DNA from: a virus | Taxonomy: Duplodnaviria; Heunggongvirae; Uroviricota; Caudoviricetes | Reading direction: 5' to 3' (one strand) | IMG/VR virus record: IMGVR_UViG_2698536657_000021 | Coordinates: 1 to 22,387 of that record | DNA length: 22,387 bases | In this document: positions 1-6,765 of the stretch, one piece after another | Layout of the letters: every line of letters begins with the position of its first letter | How positions within the stretch are numbered: the first letter of the stretch is position 1 | Notes under the pieces: generated by a model | Seen by the model: only the letters and a program-made list of their open reading frames with translations | What the model was told of the DNA's origin: nothing | Databases searched by the model: none | Position numbers and translations under genes: made by a program

Positions 1-246
1 TTACATCATCATGTCGCTGTCAGGTGTGGGGTCACCGCCATCTGAAGCACTCCCCTCACCCGCGATACCTTCCGGCTCCGGAACTGCCGGTGCGCCCAGC
101 AGTTCATCCAGAATGGCATCCACTTCTGCATCAAGACGCGCCTCAAGGTTCTGGCGGAGTTTCTGTTTCAGTGCGCTCAGGACTTCTTCAGAGCGCAGGA
201 CTTCCTTCACTGCCTCTGCAGTGACCAGGGATGTAATTTCTGACAT
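1..246 (-). CDS. hypothetical phage late-region protein, 81 aa, acidic C-terminus
   Basis: ATG at 246-244 (MSEITSLVTAEA...), stop TAA at 3-1. This is the in-frame 3' part of track ORF 1..420; the upstream extension has no ATG and is overlapped by a separate small ORF in another frame. Confidence 0.45.
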   Translation of the reverse strand: MSEITSLVTAEAVKEVLRSEEVLSALKQKLRQNLEARLDAEVDAILDELLGAPAVPEPEGIAGEGSASDGGDPTPDSDMMM

Positions 247-286
247 GGGATTTTCTCGTCGAAAGGTGTGATTAAGAAAGTTGCAG

Positions 287-466
287 CTAAATGAGCGGCT
301 CTTCGGGTTTGCTTCCGGCTGACTGACTGGCGCTGATTTTCTCTGCGGCCCTTTTATCAATCTGCCTGCGCCAGAAATCGCGCACTGCCCTGTACCCACC
401 CGAAAGAAGATACAGCACACAGACCGCCGTACAGAAGTACAGCATTAACTGGTTCAGAAATGTCAT
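287..466 (-). CDS. small hydrophobic peptide, 59 aa, one predicted TM helix then basic/charged tail
   Basis: Not in the ORF track. ATG at 466-464 preceded by GGTGAGAAACC; translation MTFLNQLMLYFCTAVCVLYLLSGGYRAVRDFWRRQIDKRAAEKISASQSAGSKPEEPLI; stop TAG at 289-287. Confidence 0.35.
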   Translation of the reverse strand: MTFLNQLMLYFCTAVCVLYLLSGGYRAVRDFWRRQIDKRAAEKISASQSAGSKPEEPLI

Positions 467-508
467 GGTTTCTCACCGTGATAGTTGACATGATTTACTT
501 ATTTTTGT

Positions 509-534
509 AGAAAAACACCGCAGACTTCGGTGTC
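509..534 (-). terminator. putative intrinsic terminator downstream of nanS-p
   Basis: Perfect 6-bp stem ACACCG (515-520) / CGGTGT (528-533) with 7-nt loop; on the minus strand it is followed by TTTTC. Confidence 0.35.
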
Positions 535-616
535 ATCATGGTCGTTTTACCAGCCGCCAGCATTCATGTAGTGGACAAAGTTCATCCCTTTCCTTCATTG
601 CTGGCGGCCTTTTTTA

Positions 617-2599
617 TCATGCCGCGGCATCCGCGTTGTTCACTTCCACCTTCACACTGTCAATAAGCAGCGTATATGTCGCCGCCTTTGATATGCCTGT
701 CAGTTGCAGTTTGTCCGCCGACCCTGATGCCGGAGATTTCACCAGTGTGAACGGCGTACCCCGTTTCTCATCCAGTACCGGCGTCACCTGAATGCTGTTG
801 TTTCCGGCAAACTCAAAAGCCAGTGTGTGCCATCCGTTATCAAAGACCCCGAACGTATCCAGCTTCGCATTCTGCTTCTTGTGGTACATCGCGTTCAGGT
901 TCGTCGCATCCGTCTGCAGGAAGAAGGACATCAGCATGTCGTTGCCTTCCTCTGACAGCGTCACTCCCTCCGGCAGGGACGACAACTGCCAGTAAATACC
1001 CAGGGCAAACTGATTCGGCACCAGTGAGCCAGGCACCTTAAACCGCACGCTCACACGTCCGCCTTTCTTCAGCAACTCTGCTCCCTGCCCGGCTGCATCA
1101 TGCTCCAGAAACCAGATGTGGCTTTCCGGTTTGTTCAGTTGCAGGGCCTTACCACCGGTGGCACCCTCATCACTGACCACAGCCTCAGCGATGTTTTTAT
1201 TAACACTGTCTCCGCTCGCCGGTTTGTGATAATAGCGCCAGCCCTGTGATGCCAGGTCTTCACCGGACGCCAGCAGACTCATCAGGGTTCGGTTACTGAC
1301 CGGAGCTTCCGGCTCTCTCTCCGGGCCTTCACCGGAAGGTCCGGTGGGCTTCACCGTATCAGGCTGTTTTCCGGTAATGAATTCAGCGGTTCTCCCGGCG
1401 TGCAACAGAATCGCCGTTGCCAGACGGTCGGAAATAATCCCACGGCGAGCCCATGAACTGAAATGGCTTGCCCTGTCCACAGATGTCCAGGTCTTCTGGT
1501 CATTACGCCACTTTGAACCGTAATAACCGACGGTTTCCAGGTCCGGGTCTTCTGCCGGGTTATTGGTCTGCACATTCGCACCATTCTCATCCGTCATTAA
1601 CGGTACAAAGAAAATGTTCTGCGACTCCTTACCCTTATACCCTCCGTATACTGATGCATACCCTTCCGCATGACGCTGCTTCCAGAAATACGTTGTGTCC
1701 CCGCAAATCCACGGTACCGCTGATGCGCTGCCTCCTGTGCTCTGTGATGCCTGACCGGCAAGCTCCGTTCTGAACTGATTCACCATCGCACTAAACAGCC
1801 CCGGATGCTGCGCATGCGTCCCCACTGCCGCATCACCTTCTCCCTGCATCCACACCACCGCAAGCAGACGGTTTTTCGGGTTCTTCGCCAGTGCGGCTTT
1901 AGTCCGGCTCACCAAATCCTGATACAGCGGCTTACCCACACCCCAGCGCAGTGAATTTTCCGATGCACCGGCTGATTCGCTGTATGTGCCGTCTGCCCCC
2001 GTTGTGAATGCCGAAGCACCACGGCAGCACGGAACCAGCAGAATGCCCGCATTCGCCGGTATAAACGGCAGCAGTTTTTTGGCGATATGCAGCCCCTGCC
2101 CCACGGTTCCGTACTGCCCCTTTGACAGGTCCGCTTTCGGATGGTTAAGACGGCTCATGTCCTGCACATCATGCAGACAATGGTCCGCCGGAATAATGTC
2201 GTTATACTTACAGGCGGCACCGCCCGGTGTCACCGTACTGCGACGCGCCAGCTGCTTAATACGCGGGTCCGGACGGTCATATGTCTCCGGCAGCGGAAGG
2301 CCTTCACCATACGACATGCCGTTTGACTGCCCTGCCAGAACCACAACAAAGTAATACTCCGGGTCGCTGGTGGCGCTGATTACTGTGCCTTCTCCATCCG
2401 ACGGCTTCACCAACACAGGTGTGGTGACATCACCTTCCGCCGCAATGGCCTGCATCAGGGTATAAGGCGTGATGGCCACCGGGCTGCCAAATGGCTGCCA
2501 CCCCTCCTTCAGTTTTTGAGTCAGTCGCTCTGCAAGGTCTGACGGCGACGCCGCCCTGACCACATCGTAGTGTTTAAATGCCATGGTTCTTTCCACCAT
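617..2599 (-). CDS. nanS: prophage sialate O-acetylesterase NanS-p-like (DUF1737 N-terminal domain plus SGNH/SASA esterase domain)
   Basis: 660-aa track ORF. N-terminus MAFKHYDVVRAASPSDLAERL resembles DUF1737; VVVLAGQSNGMSYGEG is the SGNH-type esterase block I motif. Sits downstream of the phage tRNA cluster as in Stx-phage relatives. Alternative start ATG at 2584 (MAFKHYDV...) has a GGTGGAAAG context. Confidence 0.8.
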   Translation of the reverse strand: MVERTMAFKHYDVVRAASPSDLAERLTQKLKEGWQPFGSPVAITPYTLMQAIAAEGDVTTPVLVKPSDGEGTVISATSDPEYYFVVVLAGQSNGMSYGEGLPLPETYDRPDPRIKQLARRSTVTPGGAACKYNDIIPADHCLHDVQDMSRLNHPKADLSKGQYGTVGQGLHIAKKLLPFIPANAGILLVPCCRGASAFTTGADGTYSESAGASENSLRWGVGKPLYQDLVSRTKAALAKNPKNRLLAVVWMQGEGDAAVGTHAQHPGLFSAMVNQFRTELAGQASQSTGGSASAVPWICGDTTYFWKQRHAEGYASVYGGYKGKESQNIFFVPLMTDENGANVQTNNPAEDPDLETVGYYGSKWRNDQKTWTSVDRASHFSSWARRGIISDRLATAILLHAGRTAEFITGKQPDTVKPTGPSGEGPEREPEAPVSNRTLMSLLASGEDLASQGWRYYHKPASGDSVNKNIAEAVVSDEGATGGKALQLNKPESHIWFLEHDAAGQGAELLKKGGRVSVRFKVPGSLVPNQFALGIYWQLSSLPEGVTLSEEGNDMLMSFFLQTDATNLNAMYHKKQNAKLDTFGVFDNGWHTLAFEFAGNNSIQVTPVLDEKRGTPFTLVKSPASGSADKLQLTGISKAATYTLLIDSVKVEVNNADAAA

Positions 2600-2845
2600 A
2601 TTAAAAACAATTCTTTAAAATACCTGACATGCAATACAGAAAAAAAACACAAAACCATACCTTAAATGAAAACCTCATCATAAAGCAGGTATGCATGGAT
2701 AAACTACAAGACGGGATATAAAAAACCTGTATTTAAATAAACAATAAACAACATCAGAAAAATAATTCTGCTCTATGGTTTACATTCAAAATTATCATTT
2801 ATACTTTTCAGAACATCACCAGCACAGCATAAATAAGGGGGCTAA

Positions 2846-3181
2846 ATGAAGTGGATTGTGATTGATACAGTTACCCAGCCATCATGCGGAATATCTTTTT
2901 CAGCCATATGGAGTAAAATAAAATTAATAATCTGGTATCAATCGGATGTTTTCTTACCTCCTGAAAGTATATTTACGTTGACTCACACAGGTATCGTACT
3001 TAATAACAAAGTGCTACCTGTAACCATTTACAACGTTGTACCATTCAATAAAAGATTCTGGGATTTAATCAAAAACAGCCAGGAATGTCCTGCAAATTCA
3101 GATAACGTATTGAAAGAATGCTTTAATAATCATTGCATTCTGCAAATATGCCCTTACGGACTAAAACAACAGTGTCCATAA
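2846..3181 (+). CDS. hypothetical Cys-rich protein, 111 aa, in an AT-rich island
   Basis: ATG at 2846 with strong SD AAGGGGG 5 nt upstream; stop TAA 3179-3181. Low GC and divergent from nanS-p across a very AT-rich 245-bp intergenic region. Six Cys residues. No family recognised. Confidence 0.5.
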   Translation: MKWIVIDTVTQPSCGISFSAIWSKIKLIIWYQSDVFLPPESIFTLTHTGIVLNNKVLPVTIYNVVPFNKRFWDLIKNSQECPANSDNVLKECFNNHCILQICPYGLKQQCP

Positions 3182-3204
3182 TTAGTTTACTCATATCTTA
3201 CAAA

Positions 3205-3236
3205 ATTCATATAAAAGCCCCTCCGGAGAGGGGCTA
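3205..3236 (-). terminator. GC-rich hairpin terminator, possibly bidirectional
   Basis: 8-bp perfect stem AGCCCCTC (3216-3223) / GAGGGGCT (3228-3235), loop CGGA. The minus strand has TTTTAT after the stem; the plus strand has only AAAG, so termination of the 2846..3181 gene would lack a U-run. Confidence 0.45.
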
Positions 3237-3482
3237 AAGCCGCGTATCTGTATCATCATGCGCATGATGCCGGGTGCCTCCCGGTGAGTTCAGCCCGGTG
3301 CCACCAAACCAGCGCGTTTACTTTCCTGGGTATCAAAGATAACACCTAATGCACCAGTCGCCCCTCCGCTCAGGGGGATTCACCATGCCTGTTTCTTTTA
3401 ACAAACTCCCCGCAAAACAGACAACTGTCAACCGTCTGAATTGTGAGACATTTAAAATTTTCGGGGCATGACTGATACCCGG

Positions 3483-3647
3483 CTAACTACCTGGCATGTC
3501 CTTTTTCACCAAAGGAAAAAGCACCACCACAATACCGACCACCAGCACTCCATCCGCCAGCACCGACATGATCCTGCTGGTGAAATCCACCATCACCACC
3601 AGAAACAGCAGGAGTGCCACAGCGGCCAGACGCAGTTTTACCGTCAC
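3483..3647 (-). CDS. small membrane peptide, 54 aa, two hydrophobic segments, translationally coupled to the upstream TerB-like gene
   Basis: Not in the ORF track (GTG start). GTG at 3647-3645 overlaps the TerB-like stop TGA (3646-3644) as GTGA; SD GGAGA 7 nt upstream; translation VTVKLRLAAVALLLFLVVMVDFTSRIMSVLADGVLVVGIVVVLFPLVKKDMPGS; stop TAG at 3485-3483. Confidence 0.4.
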   Translation of the reverse strand: MTVKLRLAAVALLLFLVVMVDFTSRIMSVLADGVLVVGIVVVLFPLVKKDMPGS

Positions 3648-4075
3648 AGGTGGTTCTCCAGTCGCAGGCCAAGAACACCAGCAATCTCTTCCAGAACCTT
3701 ACGCTCTTCCGGCTCAATTTCACCATCTGCTTCAGCAATAGCCACCGCCACATCCAGCACATCTTCCGCTTCACGCGTATCGTGTTTCACATCTTCAATT
3801 TCACGCAACGCCGCTCGACGACCAATTTTAAAGTTGGTGTCAAGCTGACCTGTGATCGTGGCACTGATGGCATTAATTTCTGACGTAAACGCGGACAACG
3901 CAGGCTGGTTACGTAATACCTGTTCGATCTTCGCTTTCTCTGAAGCCTCACATTCACCATCTGCATAGGCTACCAGGTAGGCAGCATTAATAACCGCCTG
4001 TGCCAGATCGCGTTTCTCAAACTTTTTAATTTCCGTTGCTGCTCTGCGGGTTTTCTTTTTGAAAATACCAAACAT
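3644..4075 (-). CDS. TerB-like (tellurite-resistance TerB domain) protein, 143 aa
   Basis: ATG at 4075-4073 with SD AAGGAA 8 nt upstream (the track's 4147 start is GTG with a poor N-terminal extension). Two-repeat architecture with YADGECEASEKAKIEQVL and AEADGEIEPEERKVLEEIAGVLGL, resembling the TerB ADG-x-E/D repeat fold. Confidence 0.65.
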   Translation of the reverse strand: MFGIFKKKTRRAATEIKKFEKRDLAQAVINAAYLVAYADGECEASEKAKIEQVLRNQPALSAFTSEINAISATITGQLDTNFKIGRRAALREIEDVKHDTREAEDVLDVAVAIAEADGEIEPEERKVLEEIAGVLGLRLENHL

Positions 4076-4204
4076 CGTGACGTTCCTTTGGGTGGGTGAG
4101 CCAACGCCCGGGAGCGATCTGCCCACAGAGAAAGTCACACTGACCACTCCGTAAGCTCACCCCCGAAAGGCTCTGTGGTTGATATGCGCCGGGCGTGGCG
4201 CGGA

Positions 4205-4230
4205 TACAAAAAAGGCCGCCAATAGCGACC
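4205..4230 (-). terminator. intrinsic terminator after the 69-aa ORF
   Basis: On the minus strand: GGUCGC-UAUUG-GCGGCC hairpin (6 bp including one G-U) followed by UUUUUUGUAU. Shares the core GATACAAAAAAGGCC with the terminator at 4802..4827. Confidence 0.5.
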
Positions 4231-4264
4231 TCAGTTACGGGATTATTCTGGGGTTAAACGACTG

Positions 4265-4474
4265 TTACTCCCCCCAGACAAAATCATCACTTCCTGTTCG
4301 ATGCGAGCCATAGTGAACCTCGTACTTATCTCCCGTCTTTCTTGCTTCCGTTTCTGCGTCTTCCTCTGTCGCAAAAACCCCAACAAGATGCCAGGGCGAG
4401 CTTCTTACCACAGCCCAACCTTTAACCCATCCTTTGTTGTCCTTATCTTCCATTAACACTTCAGAAACAAACAT
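4265..4474 (-). CDS. hypothetical small protein, 69 aa
   Basis: ATG at 4474 with SD GGAGA and a 5-nt spacer; track ORF; Trp-rich (MFVSEVLMEDKDNKGWVKGWAVV...). No family recognised. Confidence 0.5.
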   Translation of the reverse strand: MFVSEVLMEDKDNKGWVKGWAVVRSSPWHLVGVFATEEDAETEARKTGDKYEVHYGSHRTGSDDFVWGE

Positions 4475-4526
4475 ATTTATCTCCTTGTGGGTACCCAGAG
4501 ATATTTTATGATTGCTCCCGGTCAGA

Positions 4527-4751
4527 TCAATAAAGTGGCTTCAATTTTGCCTTAATGATCAAATCAGGGTGATTGACGGAATCGTACACCACCTCAATAT
4601 TTTCATCCGTGGCGTCGATAAGATATTCTTTTACATAAGGACCTGTTGATTTTCCATGAAATACATCTTCAACAAGTACACTCTCCCCCTGAACAACACG
4701 AAAACTAACTTCTGTTTCGAACGGACCAATCGTCACCATCAGTTTTTTCAC
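4527..4751 (-). CDS. hypothetical small protein, 74 aa
   Basis: GTG at 4751-4749 preceded by AGGAGG with a 4-nt spacer; track ORF (VKKLMVTIGPFETEVSF...). No family recognised. Confidence 0.5.
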   Translation of the reverse strand: MKKLMVTIGPFETEVSFRVVQGESVLVEDVFHGKSTGPYVKEYLIDATDENIEVVYDSVNHPDLIIKAKLKPLY

Positions 4752-4801
4752 ATAGCCTCCTGATAAGCACTCGATTTATTAGTTAATGGTGTAACGCTGA
4801 T

Positions 4802-4827
4802 ACAAAAAAGGCCCGCAAAAGCGAGCC
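4802..4827 (-). terminator. intrinsic terminator after the tRNA cluster
   Basis: On the minus strand: GGCUCGC-UUUU-GCGGGCC hairpin (7 bp, one mismatch) followed by UUUUUUGUA. Confidence 0.5.
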
Positions 4828-4840
4828 AGAAAAATAAGTA

Positions 4841-4917
4841 TGGCGCGTTGTACTGGATTCGAACCAGTGACCGATTGCTTAGAAGGCAATTGCTCTGTCC
4901 GGCTGAGCTAACAACGC
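4841..4917 (-). tRNA. argO: tRNA-Arg (anticodon UCU)
   Basis: Manual cloverleaf fold of the reverse complement: perfect 7-bp acceptor stem GCGTTGT/ACAACGC, D-stem GCTC/GAGC, anticodon loop CTTCTAA, T-arm ACTGG-TTCGAAT-CCAGT, discriminator G, 3' CCA. Confidence 0.85.
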
Positions 4918-4930
4918 TGAATACCGATAA

Positions 4931-5007
4931 TGGACCGCCATCGAGGACTCGAACCCCGCGCAGCCAGCTTCGAAGGCTGACGCTCTGTCCCGATGAGCTA
5001 ATGGCGG
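4931..5007 (-). tRNA. argN: tRNA-Arg (anticodon UCG)
   Basis: Manual fold: acceptor CCGCCAT/ATGGCGG, D-stem GCTC/GAGC, anticodon loop CTTCGAA, T-loop TTCGAGT, 3' CCA. Confidence 0.8.
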
Positions 5008-5016
5008 TATGTGATA

Positions 5017-5092
5017 TGGTGGCCCTTGCTGGATTTGAACCAGCGACCTGGCGATTATGAGTCGCTCGCTCTCACCACTGAGCTAAAGGGCC
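5017..5092 (-). tRNA. ileZ: tRNA with CAU anticodon, ileX/ileZ-like (lysidine tRNA-Ile2 type), 76 nt
   Basis: Reverse complement GGCCCTTTAGCTCAGTGGTGAGAGCGAGCGACTCATAATCGCCAGGTCGCTGGTTCAAATCCAGCAAGGGCCACCA closely resembles E. coli ileX; anticodon loop CTCATAA. The Ile versus Met call is by that similarity only. Confidence 0.8.
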
Positions 5093-5132
5093 GGGTGCAG
5101 GATAATAACGGTACGTAACTAATCCTGCAATA

Positions 5133-6191
5133 TCATCCGTTCTGACTGGCTAAATCCTGAACTTCCCTGACCGTCTGCTCAAAACGTTCAGTCTCCAGCT
5201 CAACGCCAGTTGCACGACGCCCCAGCGCCATCGCTGCTTTGACTGTCGAACCCGACCCCATGAAAAAATCTGCAACCAGGTCCCCCGGACGACTGCTCGC
5301 GCTGATTATCTGCTGCAGCATTTCTGCCGGTTTTTCGCACGGATGTTTCCCGGGATAGTACTGCACCGGTTTATGCGTCCACACATCGGTGTACGGCACC
5401 TGCGCCGTCACGCCAAAATACCGCCGCAGATGCTTATATTCACTCTGCAGTTCCGCATACTGCCGGTTCAGTGAAGTATACGTCTCCAGCAGCTGGTGGT
5501 GGGGCTTTTCCAGTACACCGCGCTGATGCTTCTCTTCTGCCACCCGGGCAAACAGCGACTGTAATTTCAGATAATCGCTTTCGTTCGGTAGCTGCCACTG
5601 ACTGGCACTGAACCAGTGCGACACCATGTTTTTCTTTCCTGTGGCATCCACTATCTGTTTTGCCGTTATCCCCAGGGCAGCACGCGCATCACGAAAGTAA
5701 GCAATCAGCGGAGCCATCACATGCTGTTTCAGTGCCCTGCCCTTCGCCTCATACCCGGCATCTTTCGGACGATACGGCCCCTGATAATGTTCCGCGAACA
5801 GAATGCGCTCTGTGGCGGGGAAATACGCCCGCAGGCTTTCCTTGTTGCACCCGTTCCAGCGTCCGGACGGCTTTGCCCAGATGATATGGTTCAGCACACT
5901 GAAGCGTTCACGCATCATGATTTCAATGTCAGACGCCAGGCGATGACCACAGAACAGGTAAAGACTTCCGGCAGGTTTCAGCACCCGCCAGAACTGCGCA
6001 AGACACTGGTCCAGCCATTTCAGGTAATCCTCATCCCCCGTCCACTGGTTATCCCAGCCCTCGGGCTTCACTTTAAAGTATGGCGGGTCTGTGACTATCA
6101 GATCGACAGAGTTTTCCGGTAAGGTCTGGATAAATTCCAGGCAATCAGCGTTGATTAGCTCACAACTGGATATTTTTACAGTATTAGCCAT
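5133..6191 (-). CDS. DNA methyltransferase, N6-adenine/N4-cytosine family (DPPY then FxGxG motif order), no cognate nuclease nearby
   Basis: 352-aa track ORF, ATG at 6191. Catalytic motif IV DPPY (LIVTDPPYF) near the N-terminus and AdoMet motif I DFFMGSGST near the C-terminus. Confidence 0.85.
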   Translation of the reverse strand: MANTVKISSCELINADCLEFIQTLPENSVDLIVTDPPYFKVKPEGWDNQWTGDEDYLKWLDQCLAQFWRVLKPAGSLYLFCGHRLASDIEIMMRERFSVLNHIIWAKPSGRWNGCNKESLRAYFPATERILFAEHYQGPYRPKDAGYEAKGRALKQHVMAPLIAYFRDARAALGITAKQIVDATGKKNMVSHWFSASQWQLPNESDYLKLQSLFARVAEEKHQRGVLEKPHHQLLETYTSLNRQYAELQSEYKHLRRYFGVTAQVPYTDVWTHKPVQYYPGKHPCEKPAEMLQQIISASSRPGDLVADFFMGSGSTVKAAMALGRRATGVELETERFEQTVREVQDLASQNG

Positions 6192-6330
6192 AGATCAATA
6201 AGCACTTCTCTGATAGGCTCATTCTGCTTTTGCGCAAAGCAGTGGGCCTGAGGTTTGCTTGTGATCCGGACGCATGAGCAGATGGCTGGTGAGTGCCCCT
6301 AACACCCACCAGCCGCCCATTTACCACAAA

Positions 6331-6355
6331 TAAAAAAGCCTTCAGGACTGAAGGC
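6331..6355 (-). terminator. intrinsic terminator overlapping the stop codon of the small HTH gene
   Basis: Perfect 7-bp stem GCCTTCA (6338-6344) / TGAAGGC (6349-6355), loop GGAC; on the minus strand it is followed by UUUUUUAUUUG. Confidence 0.45.
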
Positions 6356-6539
6356 GTCTGTAACAACCGAACTGATAGTCTGCCAGACCCGCCATAACAA
6401 GCTGGGTCAGTATTAACTGACAGCGTTCGCGTGAAAGGTACGTATTCTGCGCAATCTCCCCGACTGTCGCCGGTTCGGTGACGCTTAATTCATTAAACAC
6501 CACTCTGGCGGTTTCGGTCATATCCTGCTGTTTCAGCAT
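6342..6539 (-). CDS. hypothetical small winged-helix/HTH-like protein, 65 aa
   Basis: First ATG in the track ORF 6342..6620 (whose listed start is GTG and would run into the tR' hairpin). Translation MLKQQDMTETARVVFNELSVTEPATVGEIAQNTYLSRERCQLILTQLVMAGLADY...; HTH-like segment GEIAQNTYLSRERCQLILTQL. Confidence 0.4.
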   Translation of the reverse strand: MLKQQDMTETARVVFNELSVTEPATVGEIAQNTYLSRERCQLILTQLVMAGLADYQFGCYRRLQS

Positions 6540-6660
6540 GTCTTTTTCCCTTTTCCGGTTAACGTGACACACCAATAACTCTTGTCGAAAAAGCCAGCAA
6601 GCTGAAAGACCGGTATTCACCGCCGCCAGCGCGTTTACTGTACTGGAGTGATTTCAGTCA

Positions 6661-6685
6661 TAAAAAAACCCGCCTGGCGACGGGT
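6661..6685 (-). terminator. tR'-like terminator of a short pR' leader transcript (lambda 6S RNA analog)
   Basis: On the minus strand: ACCCG...CGGGU hairpin followed by seven U residues, about 60 nt downstream of the putative late promoter just after Q. Confidence 0.5.
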
Positions 6686-6732
6686 GTAAAAAGTCTTCTA
6701 ACGTCAGGCATAAAACGCCCATCGTTAGGGCA

Positions 6733-6760
6733 AATTTACCACAGATTCCGGAAAAATCAA
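6733..6760 (-). promoter_or_regulatory. putative late promoter pR' (qut region) immediately downstream of Q
   Basis: On the minus strand: -35 TTGATT (6760-6755), 16-nt spacer, -10 TAAATT (6738-6733); located between the Q stop (6766) and the tR' hairpin. Confidence 0.35.
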
Positions 6761-6765
6761 CCTTG

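Noticed and set aside
1-420. 139-aa version of the first minus-strand ORF
   Set aside because: The N-terminal 58 residues contain no ATG, are Cys/Gly/Arg-rich and overlap a better-formed small ORF (287..466) in another frame; the ATG at 246 is the credible start.
3468-3848. 126-aa plus-strand ORF
   Set aside because: Overlaps the TerB-like gene and membrane-peptide gene on the opposite strand; His/Gln/Ser-rich low-complexity translation; antisense artefact.
4205-4827. Shiga toxin stxA/stxB genes at the canonical position after the tRNA cluster
   Set aside because: The two ORFs here are 74 and 69 aa with no signal peptide and no resemblance to the StxA N-glycosidase or the StxB pentamer subunit; stx is absent.
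4848-5060. 70-aa plus-strand track ORF spanning the tRNA cluster
   Set aside because: It is the antisense of three well-folded tRNA genes (4841..4917, 4931..5007, 5017..5092), starts with TTG and has no SD; an ORF-finder artefact.
5616-6122. 168-aa plus-strand ORF inside the methyltransferase gene
   Set aside because: Antisense shadow of a gene with unambiguous DPPY and FxGxG motifs.
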